Position numbers and translations under genes: made by a program | Part shown: in pieces, positions 17,308 through 26,029 of the stretch | Layout of the letters: each line of letters opens with the position of its first letter | Numbering within the stretch: position 1 is the first letter of the stretch | Assembly: GCA_050953725.1 (NCBI GenBank) | Contig: JBMNNB010000003.1 | Location: 463,244-527,243, forward strand | Length of the DNA: 64,000 nt | Reading direction: 5' to 3' | Source of the DNA: Acutalibacteraceae bacterium | GTDB lineage: Bacteria > Bacillota > Clostridia > Oscillospirales > Acutalibacteraceae | The notes under the pieces: model-generated | What the model was told of the DNA's origin: nothing | The model's input: only the letters and a program-made list of their open reading frames with translations | Databases searched by the model: none

Positions 17308-19158
17308 ATGTGCGGTTTTGTGGGCTTTCTGAATGATACGAGCGACATCGAGCTGAATAAGCAGAGTGTTCGTCAAATGGCGGATAAAATCACTCATAGA
17401 GGCCCTGACGATGACAATTACTATGTTGACGAGGGCGTTTCGATTGGCTTCAGGAGACTTAGCATTATAGACCTTCAGGGCGGCGCTCAGCCCATTTTTA
17501 ACGAGGACGGCACGATGGTGCTTGTCTTTAACGGTGAGATTTATAACTATCAGACCATCAGAACTGAGCTTATCGAAAGGGGTCATATTTTTAAGACCAA
17601 GTCGGATTCTGAGGTACTTCTCCACGGCTATGAGGAGTACGGCACTAAGCTGTTCGATAAGCTTCGTGGCATGTTTGCCTTTGTTATATGGGATAAGCAG
17701 ACAAACACCCTGTTCGGCGCAAGGGATATCTTCGGCATCAAGCCCTTTTTCTATTACAAAAACGGGGATACCTTCCTTTTCGCATCGGAAATCAAGGCCT
17801 TCCTGCCCCACCCCTCATTCAAAAAGGAGTTTAACAAGGAAAGACTTCCCGAATACCTCTGCTTTGAGTACATACCCTCGGAGCAGACAATGTTTAAGAA
17901 TGTATTCAAGCTGCCGCCTGCCTCATATTTTATTCTTCGTGACGGCAAGCTGGAGATAAACAGCTATTTCGAGATGAAATACGACATTGACGACTCAAAG
18001 AGCATTGAGTATTTTGAGAACCTGATTGCCGAGACCTTCTCCGGCTCTGTTGACGCCCACGGGGTCAGCGATGTCGAGGTGGGCTGCTTCCTTTCCGGCG
18101 GCGTGGACTCCAGCTATGTTGTGGCTGAGGTGGCAAAGCGCAACAACAGCGTTAAGACCTTCTCTGTCGGCTTTGCTGAGGAGCAGTACAGCGAGCTGCC
18201 CTTTGCCGAGGAGTTTGCAAAGACCGTCGGCGTAGCAAATTACGCTAAGAAAATCACCGCTGACGAGTATTTTGACATAGCCCCCACGGTGCAGTACTAC
18301 ATGGACGAGCCGCTGCCGAATCCGTCGGCGCTGCCGCTTTTCTTCCTTGCCCGCTGCGCCGCAGAGCATGTCAAGGTGGTGCTTTCGGGCGAGGGTGCAG
18401 ACGAGCTTTTCGGCGGCTATCACTATTATGTGGAGCCTCTTGATTTTGAGAATTACAGAAAGATACCGAAGCCCATAAGGAAGGCCGCCGCATTGGCGGC
18501 AAGGGCGCTTCCGAGAAGTGTTCACGGCAGGCGCTTCCTTGTAAGGGGCGCACAGGACATTGAGGAGAGGTATATCAGAAACAACTACGTCTTTGACTAT
18601 ATTGAGCGTGAGCATGTGTTGAAGCATAAATCCAATGCGCCGAACCCCGCAGCCTTTACAAAGCCCTATTTTGACAAGGCGAAGGGTCTTGACGACATTA
18701 CCAAGATGCAGTATGCGGACATAAGGGTCTGGATGGTGCACGACATACTTGTCAAGGCCGACCGTATGAGCATGGCAAGCTCGCTGGAGCTGCGTGTTCC
18801 CTTCCTTGACAAAGAGGTGCTGAAAGTTGCGCTGTCTATTCCCTCGAAATACAGGGTTTCAAAGAGCAACACGAAAATAGTGCTTCGCCGTGCCGCCGCA
18901 AGGCAGCTGCCCGAAAAGACCTCCGGCATGAGGAAAAAGGGCTTTGCCACTCCCTTAAACGACTGGCTCAGGCAGGATAAGTTCTACAACAGGGTCAAGG
19001 CGAGCTTTGAAAGCGACATAGCAAGGGAATTCTTTGATGTGGACTATATAATGAAGCTGCTTAATGACCATAAGGCCGGCAGAGCTAAGAACATGAAGAA
19101 GATATGGACCATATATTCCTTCATCATCTGGTACGAACAGTACTTTGTGAAGAACTGA
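17308..19158 (+). CDS. asnB: asparagine synthase (glutamine-hydrolysing) family amidotransferase
   Basis: MCGF N-terminal nucleophile Cys2 and SGGVDSS PP-loop; 616 aa; AAGGAG RBS. Confidence 0.85.
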   Translation: MCGFVGFLNDTSDIELNKQSVRQMADKITHRGPDDDNYYVDEGVSIGFRRLSIIDLQGGAQPIFNEDGTMVLVFNGEIYNYQTIRTELIERGHIFKTKSDSEVLLHGYEEYGTKLFDKLRGMFAFVIWDKQTNTLFGARDIFGIKPFFYYKNGDTFLFASEIKAFLPHPSFKKEFNKERLPEYLCFEYIPSEQTMFKNVFKLPPASYFILRDGKLEINSYFEMKYDIDDSKSIEYFENLIAETFSGSVDAHGVSDVEVGCFLSGGVDSSYVVAEVAKRNNSVKTFSVGFAEEQYSELPFAEEFAKTVGVANYAKKITADEYFDIAPTVQYYMDEPLPNPSALPLFFLARCAAEHVKVVLSGEGADELFGGYHYYVEPLDFENYRKIPKPIRKAAALAARALPRSVHGRRFLVRGAQDIEERYIRNNYVFDYIEREHVLKHKSNAPNPAAFTKPYFDKAKGLDDITKMQYADIRVWMVHDILVKADRMSMASSLELRVPFLDKEVLKVALSIPSKYRVSKSNTKIVLRRAAARQLPEKTSGMRKKGFATPLNDWLRQDKFYNRVKASFESDIAREFFDVDYIMKLLNDHKAGRAKNMKKIWTIYSFIIWYEQYFVKN

Positions 19159-19189
19159 CAAAGGGTGCGAAAGCACCCTTTGATTTTTG
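19159..19189 (+). terminator. Rho-independent terminator (asnB operon)
   Basis: AAGGGTGC (19161-19168) pairs with GCACCCTT (19173-19180), followed by TGATTTTT. Confidence 0.8.
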
Positions 19190-19191
19190 TC

Positions 19192-19226
19192 AGGACAAAA
19201 AGACCCCCTCCGAGAGCGGAGGGGGC
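19192..19226 (-). terminator. Rho-independent terminator (GH78 gene)
   Basis: CCCCCTCCG (19204-19212) pairs with CGGAGGGGG (19217-19225). The minus strand continues TCTTTTTGT. Confidence 0.8.
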
Positions 19227-19235
19227 ATTGTTATT

Positions 19236-21491
19236 TTATGCTTTTATGCAGACGAGGTCGGTTACGGACACAAGGGGCAGCAGGCTGTAGCCGTCTTCGT
19301 CTGTGTAGCCTGCGGGCAGGACTATCTCGCCCTTCATACCTTCGGGTACGTTGACGCTGAGGAGAACCTTCTCGCCGTCACGCCTCCAGCTGACTTCGAT
19401 TTTGCCTAAAGGTGCGTTATGCCAGGCCTTAGCCCACCGAAGGTCTGTTATGAATTCAGGTGAAATCCTGACGCAGTTTACATCGTCAGCATTCGGGTTC
19501 AGTTTGATGCCGCCTATTGCCTGAATGAACCAGTTGCTTATATCTCCGAGGAAGTGGTGATTGTATGAGGTTGCAAAGTCCGTGTAGTCCATCCTGAACT
19601 CCTCGGGCAGGGAGGTAAAGCCCTGTGCGACCCAGTGGCCGTAGGAAGGCGGGTCCTTTCTGACTATCATCTTAAAGGCAATATCCGCATAGCCTGCGTC
19701 GGAAAGAACATGGAAGATGACCCGAAGACCGAGCATTCCTGCGTCTATGTGATAGTCCTTTTCCTCTATGAGCTTAAGCAGGACTTCGAGGGCTTTCGCT
19801 CTTTCGCCCTCCTCAAAGACCCCGTAATAGATTGCAAGTGCCTGTGAGGTCTGGCAGCGTCCTGCTACGGTCATTGTGGCGAAGTTAATAAGGTGCTTCC
19901 TTATATTCCTCCTGATTTTATCCTTAAAGGCTCTTGCAAACTGCATCTGCAGCTCCTTGCCTAAGACCTTGAATATATGCTCCGCCATGGCGGCGATATT
20001 CATGGAGACTATGCTGTTTGTGACCTCAACGGGGGCTATGGGCTTGTCGGCGTGGCGGTTTGCATGTACCCAGTCGCCCAGACCGAAGTCAATAAGACCT
20101 CTTTCATTCAGGTGCTCATCAAGGTAGTTGATATATCTCATTATGGAGGTTGCGTTCTCTTTAAGAATCTTTGTCGTACCTCTGTACTTATAGACCATGT
20201 AGGGCAGCATTGTCATAACCTGGTCCCAGCAGGGGCCGTTGCCCCACTTATAGCCCCAGCCGCCTGTGGGGATTATGCCCGGCAGCTTGCCTGTTTCAGT
20301 CTGGGTGTCACGGATATTGAAAAGCCACTCACGGTAAGCATTTTCGGGGGTGAGGTTAAGCAGCATATGCTCTGCGGAGACTGCCGCATCGCCGGTCCAG
20401 CCGTTCTTTTCCCTATGGGGGCAGTCCGTGGGAAAATAATAGAAGTTTGCAAGGTCGGAGACTCTGACCATTTTCTGAAGGGCGTTGATTATTTCATCCG
20501 AGCATTCAAAGTCGCCGTTTTCCTTCAAATCCGTGTGCATTACAAGGTAGGTCAGCAGCTCCTCTGTGGCCTGCTCCTCGGTGATGCCCGTTACATAGGC
20601 GTATCTGAAGCCGTAGTATGTAAAGGAGGGGACATGTACTTCCGTTTCGCCGCCTTTGAGGGTATAGACTGTCTTCTGTGAATAGCCCTCAGGGTAGAAT
20701 TTATGATAGTTGGAGGTGTCGAACTCGCCTCTGTGTATCCAGTCACCGTGGTCGACTGTTATGGTCTGACCGCTTTCGCCCCTGATTTTTATCCTTGTTA
20801 CGCCCGCATAGTTTACTCCGAAGTCATATAGCCAGCCGTCCTTGTGCTTCACGACGGAAACGGGCTTTAATTCACGGCTTACTACAATAGGCTCGCACTC
20901 GCACACTTTAGCCTTGCCTCTGGGAACCTCGGAGATAATGCAATTGTCCCATGAGCTGTCGTCAAATCCTACATCACACCATGAGTCGATTTCAAGCCTT
21001 GCGTCGTAAATCTCGCCGCAGCGAAGGGAGTCAAACAGAATCGGCGAGGGGTGGGTTTTAAATGAGGTGTCGGAGGTCAGAAGAACATTATCTTCCTCCT
21101 TTGCGGTGTCAGTAATAGAAAGGGCGACCCTCGGCGCTCCCCTGTGCTTTGCGGTATCAAAATCCCAGACATAGCCGTCGAAGCCGTTTGTCATGCCGTT
21201 GCCGAGAATGACGCCGATTACGTTTTCGCCGACCTGAAGCAAATCAGTTAAATCATACTTATCGAAATATGTATAGCTGTCGGGGTTTGAGGTGTAGGGC
21301 GCAAGGGGGCCCTTTGTGATTTCTCTGCCGTTGACAAATACACGGTAATAGCCGAGTCCGCAGATGAGCAGCTCAGGCTTTTCGGGCATTTTTTCGAGGG
21401 TAAAAGCCTTGCGGATGCAGGGTGCGGGAATGTGATTGTCAAAGCCGCCCCATTCTCTTGTAGCGCCTATAAAAACAGTTGGGAAGTCCAT
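19236..21491 (-). CDS. alpha-L-rhamnosidase (GH78)
   Basis: About 750 aa. N-terminus FIGATREWGGFDNHIPAPCIRKAF is typical of bacterial rhamnosidase N-domains. No signal peptide. ATG 21491 is preceded by GGAGGA. Confidence 0.7.
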   Translation of the reverse strand: MDFPTVFIGATREWGGFDNHIPAPCIRKAFTLEKMPEKPELLICGLGYYRVFVNGREITKGPLAPYTSNPDSYTYFDKYDLTDLLQVGENVIGVILGNGMTNGFDGYVWDFDTAKHRGAPRVALSITDTAKEEDNVLLTSDTSFKTHPSPILFDSLRCGEIYDARLEIDSWCDVGFDDSSWDNCIISEVPRGKAKVCECEPIVVSRELKPVSVVKHKDGWLYDFGVNYAGVTRIKIRGESGQTITVDHGDWIHRGEFDTSNYHKFYPEGYSQKTVYTLKGGETEVHVPSFTYYGFRYAYVTGITEEQATEELLTYLVMHTDLKENGDFECSDEIINALQKMVRVSDLANFYYFPTDCPHREKNGWTGDAAVSAEHMLLNLTPENAYREWLFNIRDTQTETGKLPGIIPTGGWGYKWGNGPCWDQVMTMLPYMVYKYRGTTKILKENATSIMRYINYLDEHLNERGLIDFGLGDWVHANRHADKPIAPVEVTNSIVSMNIAAMAEHIFKVLGKELQMQFARAFKDKIRRNIRKHLINFATMTVAGRCQTSQALAIYYGVFEEGERAKALEVLLKLIEEKDYHIDAGMLGLRVIFHVLSDAGYADIAFKMIVRKDPPSYGHWVAQGFTSLPEEFRMDYTDFATSYNHHFLGDISNWFIQAIGGIKLNPNADDVNCVRISPEFITDLRWAKAWHNAPLGKIEVSWRRDGEKVLLSVNVPEGMKGEIVLPAGYTDEDGYSLLPLVSVTDLVCIKA

Positions 21492-21665
21492 GTTTATCCT
21501 CCGTTTCGTCATTTGCTGTCATTAAACTGAGTATACATTGACCGCTCTGCTAAGGCAAGAATTTTGTGGAAGCTGAGAAAAAAAGTCCGTGCCTGCGGAA
21601 GTCCCATTCAAAGGACTTAAATGGAAAATAAACGGGAATTTCAGTATAAACAGCCATTATTTATA

Positions 21666-21694
21666 TTGACAAGCACCATTCCCGCCGATACAAT
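21666..21694 (+). promoter_or_regulatory. near-consensus promoter firing rightward into repeat island B
   Basis: TTGACA (21666-21671), 17-nt spacer, TACAAT (21689-21694). No ORF with an RBS follows for about 1 kb. Confidence 0.6.
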
Positions 21695-21839
21695 GTAATC
21701 AGAACCGAACAAATGTTCTGTTTGTGCGGCGAATCCCCGAACAGGAAAACCAAAAGTGGGGAGGATTAGCCTTCACGCTTAAAGCCGAAATCAATAGCCC
21801 CGTTGATTTCTTCCGCTCAGAAGCCGGGCTGCCCCTCTT

Positions 21840-22400
21840 GCCCTCAACCTGTATAAAGCGTCGCCCCGTGCGGCGGGCGGGGGGTGCACGAACGCCGAAC
21901 GGGTGCGGGCGGCAACAAAGCCCCGTGGTCGCTTTGCCCTTTTGGAGTATCGCCTATCCAGCGTGGGCGGGCGGAAATTGTACCGCACGCCGGCGGGCGG
22001 GGGTTGCCCCACCGTTGGGGGGTGCGAGAGGTGAACGCAAAGCCCCGTGTTCGCCTTGCCCCGATTGAAGCGTGTTGCCTATTCCGTGCGCGGGCGGGCT
22101 GGGGGGGTGCCCCACCGTCGGGCGGGTGCGAGAGGTGAACGCAAAGCCCCGTGGTCGCCTTGCCCTTTAGCGGTTGCCTATCCAGCGTGGGCGGGCGGAA
22201 ATTGTACCGCACGCCGGCGGGCGGGGGTTTCCCCTCCGTTGGTGGGAGGGGAACAGATACAAAACCCCGTGTTCGCCTTGCCCCGGTTGAGGTGTTAACC
22301 TACCCTTGCAGCGGGCGGGCTGGGGGGGTGCACGAACGCCGAACGGGTGCGGGCGGCGGACAATAAGCCCCTTGTTCGCCCTGCCCCGTGTTTCAGGCTT
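21840..22400. repeat. G+C-rich tandem-repeat island B (five 100-125 bp modules, super-period about 222-224 bp)
   Basis: TATCCAGCGTGGGCGGGCGGAAATTGTACCGCACGCCGGCGGGCGGGGG starts at 21955 and 22179. GTGCACGAACGCCGAACGGGTGCGGGCGGC starts at 21884 and 22328. GTGCGAGAGGTGAACGCAAAGCCCCGTG starts at 22022 and 22126. Confidence 0.85.
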
Positions 22401-22545
22401 ACCCTTTGCCCCGTGTGACATACACTTTACTTTGCCCCGTTTGAGTGTATGCGCTGTACCCCGTTTGCCTTTTTGCCCCGTTTGGGGTGTGACAATTCGC
22501 CCCGATTTCCACTCGTTATAAGCCCCGTTAAATAAGAACTCCCGT
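22383..22545 (+). repeat. iteron-like ladder of 8 direct (T)TGCCCCGT(T/G) boxes
   Basis: GCCCCGT-type cores start at 22383, 22408, 22434, 22458, 22475, 22499, 22522 and 22540, giving spacings of 25, 26, 24, 17, 24, 23 and 18 bp. Confidence 0.75.
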
Positions 22546-22728
22546 ATATCCCTGCCCTTTTTCACAGTTTTTATAGCTTACATTTGCGTTTAGCTTATGT
22601 GGGTCTTTTATTTTTATCCTTTTTGCCCCTTCACGATTTCAGGGCGGGTCTTTCCCTCTGCCCGCTCTGGACGCTGCCTTTTTAATCTTGGACAACATCC
22701 TTACGGAGAAACAGAGAGGATGAGAAAA

Positions 22729-23166
22729 ATGAAGCATAAGAACATTCACATAAACTGCGAGCTGATTGCCGACGATTCGCAGCTTGAGGCTCTCAGAAAA
22801 ATCGAGGAGGACTGCTCAGGCCTCGGCAAGCGGCGTCTGAATCTCACGGAGCTTATCAGCATCGCCATTCGTGACGAGCTGACCGAGGCGGAAAGAAAGG
22901 CCGTAGAGCTTTTCTGGTTCAAGGGTCTGAAGGTCAGCGAAGCCGCCCGTTACTTAGGCGTCAGCAGCGCAACGATAACAAAAACCCTTGACAGAGCAAA
23001 GCTCAGGCTCTTCAACGCACTGAAATATGCCGTGCTTTACAGTCTTGACCTGACGGACTGCCCGGAGATTACCGAAAACGCCTCGGAAATCGCCAGAAAC
23101 GCACAGCTTTTCATCTGCCGAAGGCCTGACAACAAAAATCCCACCGAAAGGGCTGAGAAAACTTGA
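22729..23166 (+). CDS. sigma-70 region-4-like HTH regulator (phage late-gene activator-like)
   Basis: RKAVELFWFKGLKVSEAARYLGVSSATITKTLDRAKLRLFNAL is a sigma region-4 type HTH. GAGAGGA lies 8 nt before ATG 22729; the listed start 22597 lies in non-coding-looking sequence. Confidence 0.6.
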   Translation: MKHKNIHINCELIADDSQLEALRKIEEDCSGLGKRRLNLTELISIAIRDELTEAERKAVELFWFKGLKVSEAARYLGVSSATITKTLDRAKLRLFNALKYAVLYSLDLTDCPEITENASEIARNAQLFICRRPDNKNPTERAEKT

Positions 23167-23387
23167 GCACAAAGTCACTTGCTGCCCTTGCGGGCGAATA
23201 CATAGAGAGCGCAAGGCTGCAGACTCAGATTATAAACAAGTACAACGAGCGAAAACGAGAAGCTTTAAAGAGCCGCAACAGGGATGAGCTGCTTGTCTGC
23301 TCAAGGGCTCTTGCCGTTTTGTATTCCGCAAGGCGTGATTTGCTCGAAACTGCGGATTTACTTAGCAGTTACTATGACCGAAGCTGA
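23163..23387 (+). CDS. small helical protein, unknown function (phage-associated)
   Basis: 74 aa. TTG start overlaps the stop of the upstream gene, suggesting translational coupling. Confidence 0.4.
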   Translation: MSTKSLAALAGEYIESARLQTQIINKYNERKREALKSRNRDELLVCSRALAVLYSARRDLLETADLLSSYYDRS

Positions 23388-23403
23388 ATTGTGAGGTTTT
23401 AAT

Positions 23404-24099
23404 ATGTTAATGAGAGATATAGAAATTGAAATAAGCGACGGGCTGCAAAGCCCCATTACCGTCGAAAACGCCGGCTTTGCCGGTGAGCACAACGCCGCCT
23501 GCCTTGTCTTTATTCCCGATGAGAGCTTTAATACTACGGGCTTAAAGTTTTATGTGGAGTATCAGAACAGGTCGGGCAGAACAGTGAGAAGCCATTATCT
23601 CGAAGAGGACATCTTCGGCAAGATTCGCTTCCCGATTCCGTCCGAAATAAGCTCACAGCTTCTCTGCGAATGCACCTTCAACATCGTGGAGTTTGACGGC
23701 TATGAGCTTGTGAAAAAGGCAAAGCCCATAAAGATTATTCTCAAGTTCGTCCCCTCCCCCGATGCGGCGGCCATTTACGGGGAAGGCTCCGGCGTTGCCT
23801 TTGAGGAGCTTATCGAGCTGCTGGGCAGCATCGGCAAGGGCATTTTCAGGTACGAAAAGGCTGTCAATCCCTCAAGCTGGACATTCAGGGACAACATTTA
23901 CAGGTGCACTACGCCCGCAAGCGAGCACAAGCTCGGCGAAAAGGCGGCGCTCGTTTTGTCCGAGGCCGCAGACGAAGAAGGCTATAAGGGAGTCACCTGC
24001 GCTTATTACAGGGAAGCAGACGGCGATGTGGTGGTTCTGTCCCATGTGCCATTTGAGGGACGGCTTGTCTTTTCTCTGTCCGAGGACAGGATTCATTAA
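23404..24099 (+). CDS. phage-associated protein, unknown function
   Basis: 231-aa ORF with an RBS-like GTGAGG upstream. Lies in an operon with a tail-fibre-like gene. Confidence 0.5.
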   Translation: MLMRDIEIEISDGLQSPITVENAGFAGEHNAACLVFIPDESFNTTGLKFYVEYQNRSGRTVRSHYLEEDIFGKIRFPIPSEISSQLLCECTFNIVEFDGYELVKKAKPIKIILKFVPSPDAAAIYGEGSGVAFEELIELLGSIGKGIFRYEKAVNPSSWTFRDNIYRCTTPASEHKLGEKAALVLSEAADEEGYKGVTCAYYREADGDVVVLSHVPFEGRLVFSLSEDRIH

Positions 24100-24119
24100 T
24101 TAAGGAGTAGGATGTTGAG

Positions 24120-24953
24120 ATGATAAAGCAGATAAGGCTCGGAACCGAGCCGCTTCAGAACATAAATGACATAAACTCGAATTTCAGCACTCTGGACAGC
24201 AGCATAAACGCCCTGAAGCCCGGTCAGCCCGGCGGCGTTGCGACCCTTGACAACGGCGGAAAGCTGAATAAGAGTCAGCTGCCGCTTATAGATGCGGTAC
24301 CAGTCGAAAAAAGGGAACTGCTCCCCCTTTCGCACATAGGCTATGAGCTGCCTTCAGAAGCGCCGGAGGACAGCTATTGCTATCAGCTGTCAGAAAACAA
24401 GCTGTATCGCCGTCAGGGCGGCGAATGGCTCGGCCCCTATGAGCCGATGACCGACAAGCTGTATATCGGCCCGTACTACGACCAGCTTTACTGGTGCGCA
24501 GGGGACTTCGGTCTGCTGGAGTTAATCTATGAGCCGCCGAACCTCAATACCCTTCTGAAAATAACCGCTTCCGCCACCCCGCCCTATAACCTCACATATA
24601 ACGGGGACCCGCTCATGCAGCACTATAAGGACTACTGGACATACAAGGACATTGTAAAGTTCACTGCTGTAAGCGGCTGGCCGGACATTGAGGGCAACCT
24701 CGGAGATATGGCCTATGACGCCGCCGCAAAGACCCTTTACGTCTATACGGCATGGGGCTGGGACGAGGTAATCTGCGACAGCGAGGCAAGCGAATACTAC
24801 CCGCCCACCTTTGCGGATTTTATCGTAAAAAAGCCGGGGCTTCTGTTCTTTGACAAGGAGAACTCAAGGCTTTACGGCTTTACTGCGGACATTGTCAGGG
24901 ATGAGAACGACGAGGCTGTGAAGATTGATATTGAATTAATACCTGTAAGCTGA
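24120..24953 (+). CDS. phage tail-fibre-like protein
   Basis: AAGGAG RBS. N-terminus INSNFSTLDSSINALKPGQPGGVATLDNGGKLNKSQLP matches the common GGVA-LD-GK-LP motif of phage fibre proteins. Confidence 0.55.
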   Translation: MIKQIRLGTEPLQNINDINSNFSTLDSSINALKPGQPGGVATLDNGGKLNKSQLPLIDAVPVEKRELLPLSHIGYELPSEAPEDSYCYQLSENKLYRRQGGEWLGPYEPMTDKLYIGPYYDQLYWCAGDFGLLELIYEPPNLNTLLKITASATPPYNLTYNGDPLMQHYKDYWTYKDIVKFTAVSGWPDIEGNLGDMAYDAAAKTLYVYTAWGWDEVICDSEASEYYPPTFADFIVKKPGLLFFDKENSRLYGFTADIVRDENDEAVKIDIELIPVS

Positions 24954-24997
24954 CGGCGGCTGTTTTTGCAATTTATTCTTTGAAAGGAACAAGACGC

Positions 24998-25663
24998 ATG
25001 TTTAAGAATAATATAGAATTAGCAGCATGGTGCAAGGAGAAGGCAGGTTGTCCGTATTGGTACGGCACCTTCGGACAGACAGCCTCTGAGTCCCTGCTGC
25101 AGCAGAAAAAGGCGCAGTACCCGAAGCATTACGCTGACAGCAGGCTTAAAAAAATGCGCAGTCATTTCGGACGTCAGGTCTTTGACTGCGTGGGTCTGAT
25201 AAAGGGCTATGTATGGGAGCAGGGAGGCAAAATCATATATGACCCGGCTCAGGATGTCAGTGCCGATGCTATGTACCTGCGCTGTACCGAGAAGGGCGAC
25301 ATTAATACCATGCCCGAAATTAAGGGCCTGCTTGTCTTTAAAAAGGGGCACACGGGAGTATATATAGGAGACGGCAGGGTGGTAGAGGCCAAGGGCTTTG
25401 ACTACGGAGTCGTGATATCAAAGCTTTCCGGCAGCGGCTTTACGGTATGGGGCAAATGTCCCTTCATAACCTATCTCGAAAAATACGATGTTGACGGCGA
25501 CGGCAAGGTCACTCCCGCCGATGCAAGAGCAGTATTGCGCCACAGCGCAAGGCTCATTAAGCTGACCGCCGCCGAACAATACTCTGCTGATGTGAACTCC
25601 GACGGCAAGGTTGACGCTGCCGATGCAAGGCTGATAATGCGGCAATCACAGGGTCTGAGTTAG
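24998..25663 (+). CDS. NlpC/P60 (C40) peptidoglycan endopeptidase with C-terminal dockerin-like repeats (endolysin)
   Basis: Catalytic Cys context FDCVGLIKGY and His context GHTGVYIGDG. Two Ca-binding repeats: DVDGDGKVTPADARAVLRHSA and DVNSDGKVDAADARLIMRQS. Followed by XhlA-like and holin genes. Confidence 0.75.
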   Translation: MFKNNIELAAWCKEKAGCPYWYGTFGQTASESLLQQKKAQYPKHYADSRLKKMRSHFGRQVFDCVGLIKGYVWEQGGKIIYDPAQDVSADAMYLRCTEKGDINTMPEIKGLLVFKKGHTGVYIGDGRVVEAKGFDYGVVISKLSGSGFTVWGKCPFITYLEKYDVDGDGKVTPADARAVLRHSARLIKLTAAEQYSADVNSDGKVDAADARLIMRQSQGLS

Positions 25664-25687
25664 CTGTGCTTCAAATGAGGTGGATTA

Positions 25688-25981
25688 ATGGAAATATCGG
25701 AAAAGCTGTGGGATGAAAGCAGACGAGGTATTGAGGCACGCTTTGAAAGAAACGAGAGGGACATTGACGAGCTGTATAAAAGGCAGTGCGAAATCGAAAA
25801 GCTTTCGATTCAGATAGGCGAAATGCTTAAAAATCATCACAAGACGCAGGAAGACCACGGCAAAAGAATAGAAGCTCTGGAGAAAAGACCCGTAAAGTTC
25901 TTTGACAAGATAGTAAGCGGCATAATAGGTGCGGCGACAGGCTCTCTGACGGGAGCATTGATTTCGCTGTTCATCAAATAG
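25688..25981 (+). CDS. XhlA-like lysis accessory protein (coiled coil plus C-terminal TM)
   Basis: 97 aa. N-terminal coiled coil and C-terminal TM helix IVSGIIGAATGSLTGALISLFI. GAGGTGG RBS. Sits between the lysin and holin genes. Confidence 0.5.
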   Translation: MEISEKLWDESRRGIEARFERNERDIDELYKRQCEIEKLSIQIGEMLKNHHKTQEDHGKRIEALEKRPVKFFDKIVSGIIGAATGSLTGALISLFIK

Positions 25982-26029
25982 CCTGCCGCTGCTTCTTTCC
26001 TTTACGGAAATCCGCTGAGGAGGTTTATA

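Noticed and set aside
16963-18741. Long antisense ORFs 16963..17811 (282 aa) and 17995..18741 (248 aa).
   Set aside because: They lie entirely opposite the well-supported racemase and asnB genes and carry no motifs or RBS. The same verdict applies to 11881..12498, 19977..20681, 26507..27073, 32642..33490, 34585..35208, 36823..37245, 58949..59560, 60801..61373 and 477..875.
21724-22565. ORFs of 71-132 aa within island B on both strands.
   Set aside because: Low-complexity, mutually overlapping and without RBSs. The region is better explained as repeat modules plus iterons.
22597-22728. N-terminal extensions in the ORF track (22597 start of the sigma-like gene; similarly 46463, 52558, 43235, 27883, 54829, 60259, 33571, 21512, 6774, 7036).
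   Set aside because: In each case an internal ATG has a canonical RBS at proper spacing and marks the onset of a signal peptide or conserved N-terminus. The upstream extension looks like non-coding or promoter sequence.
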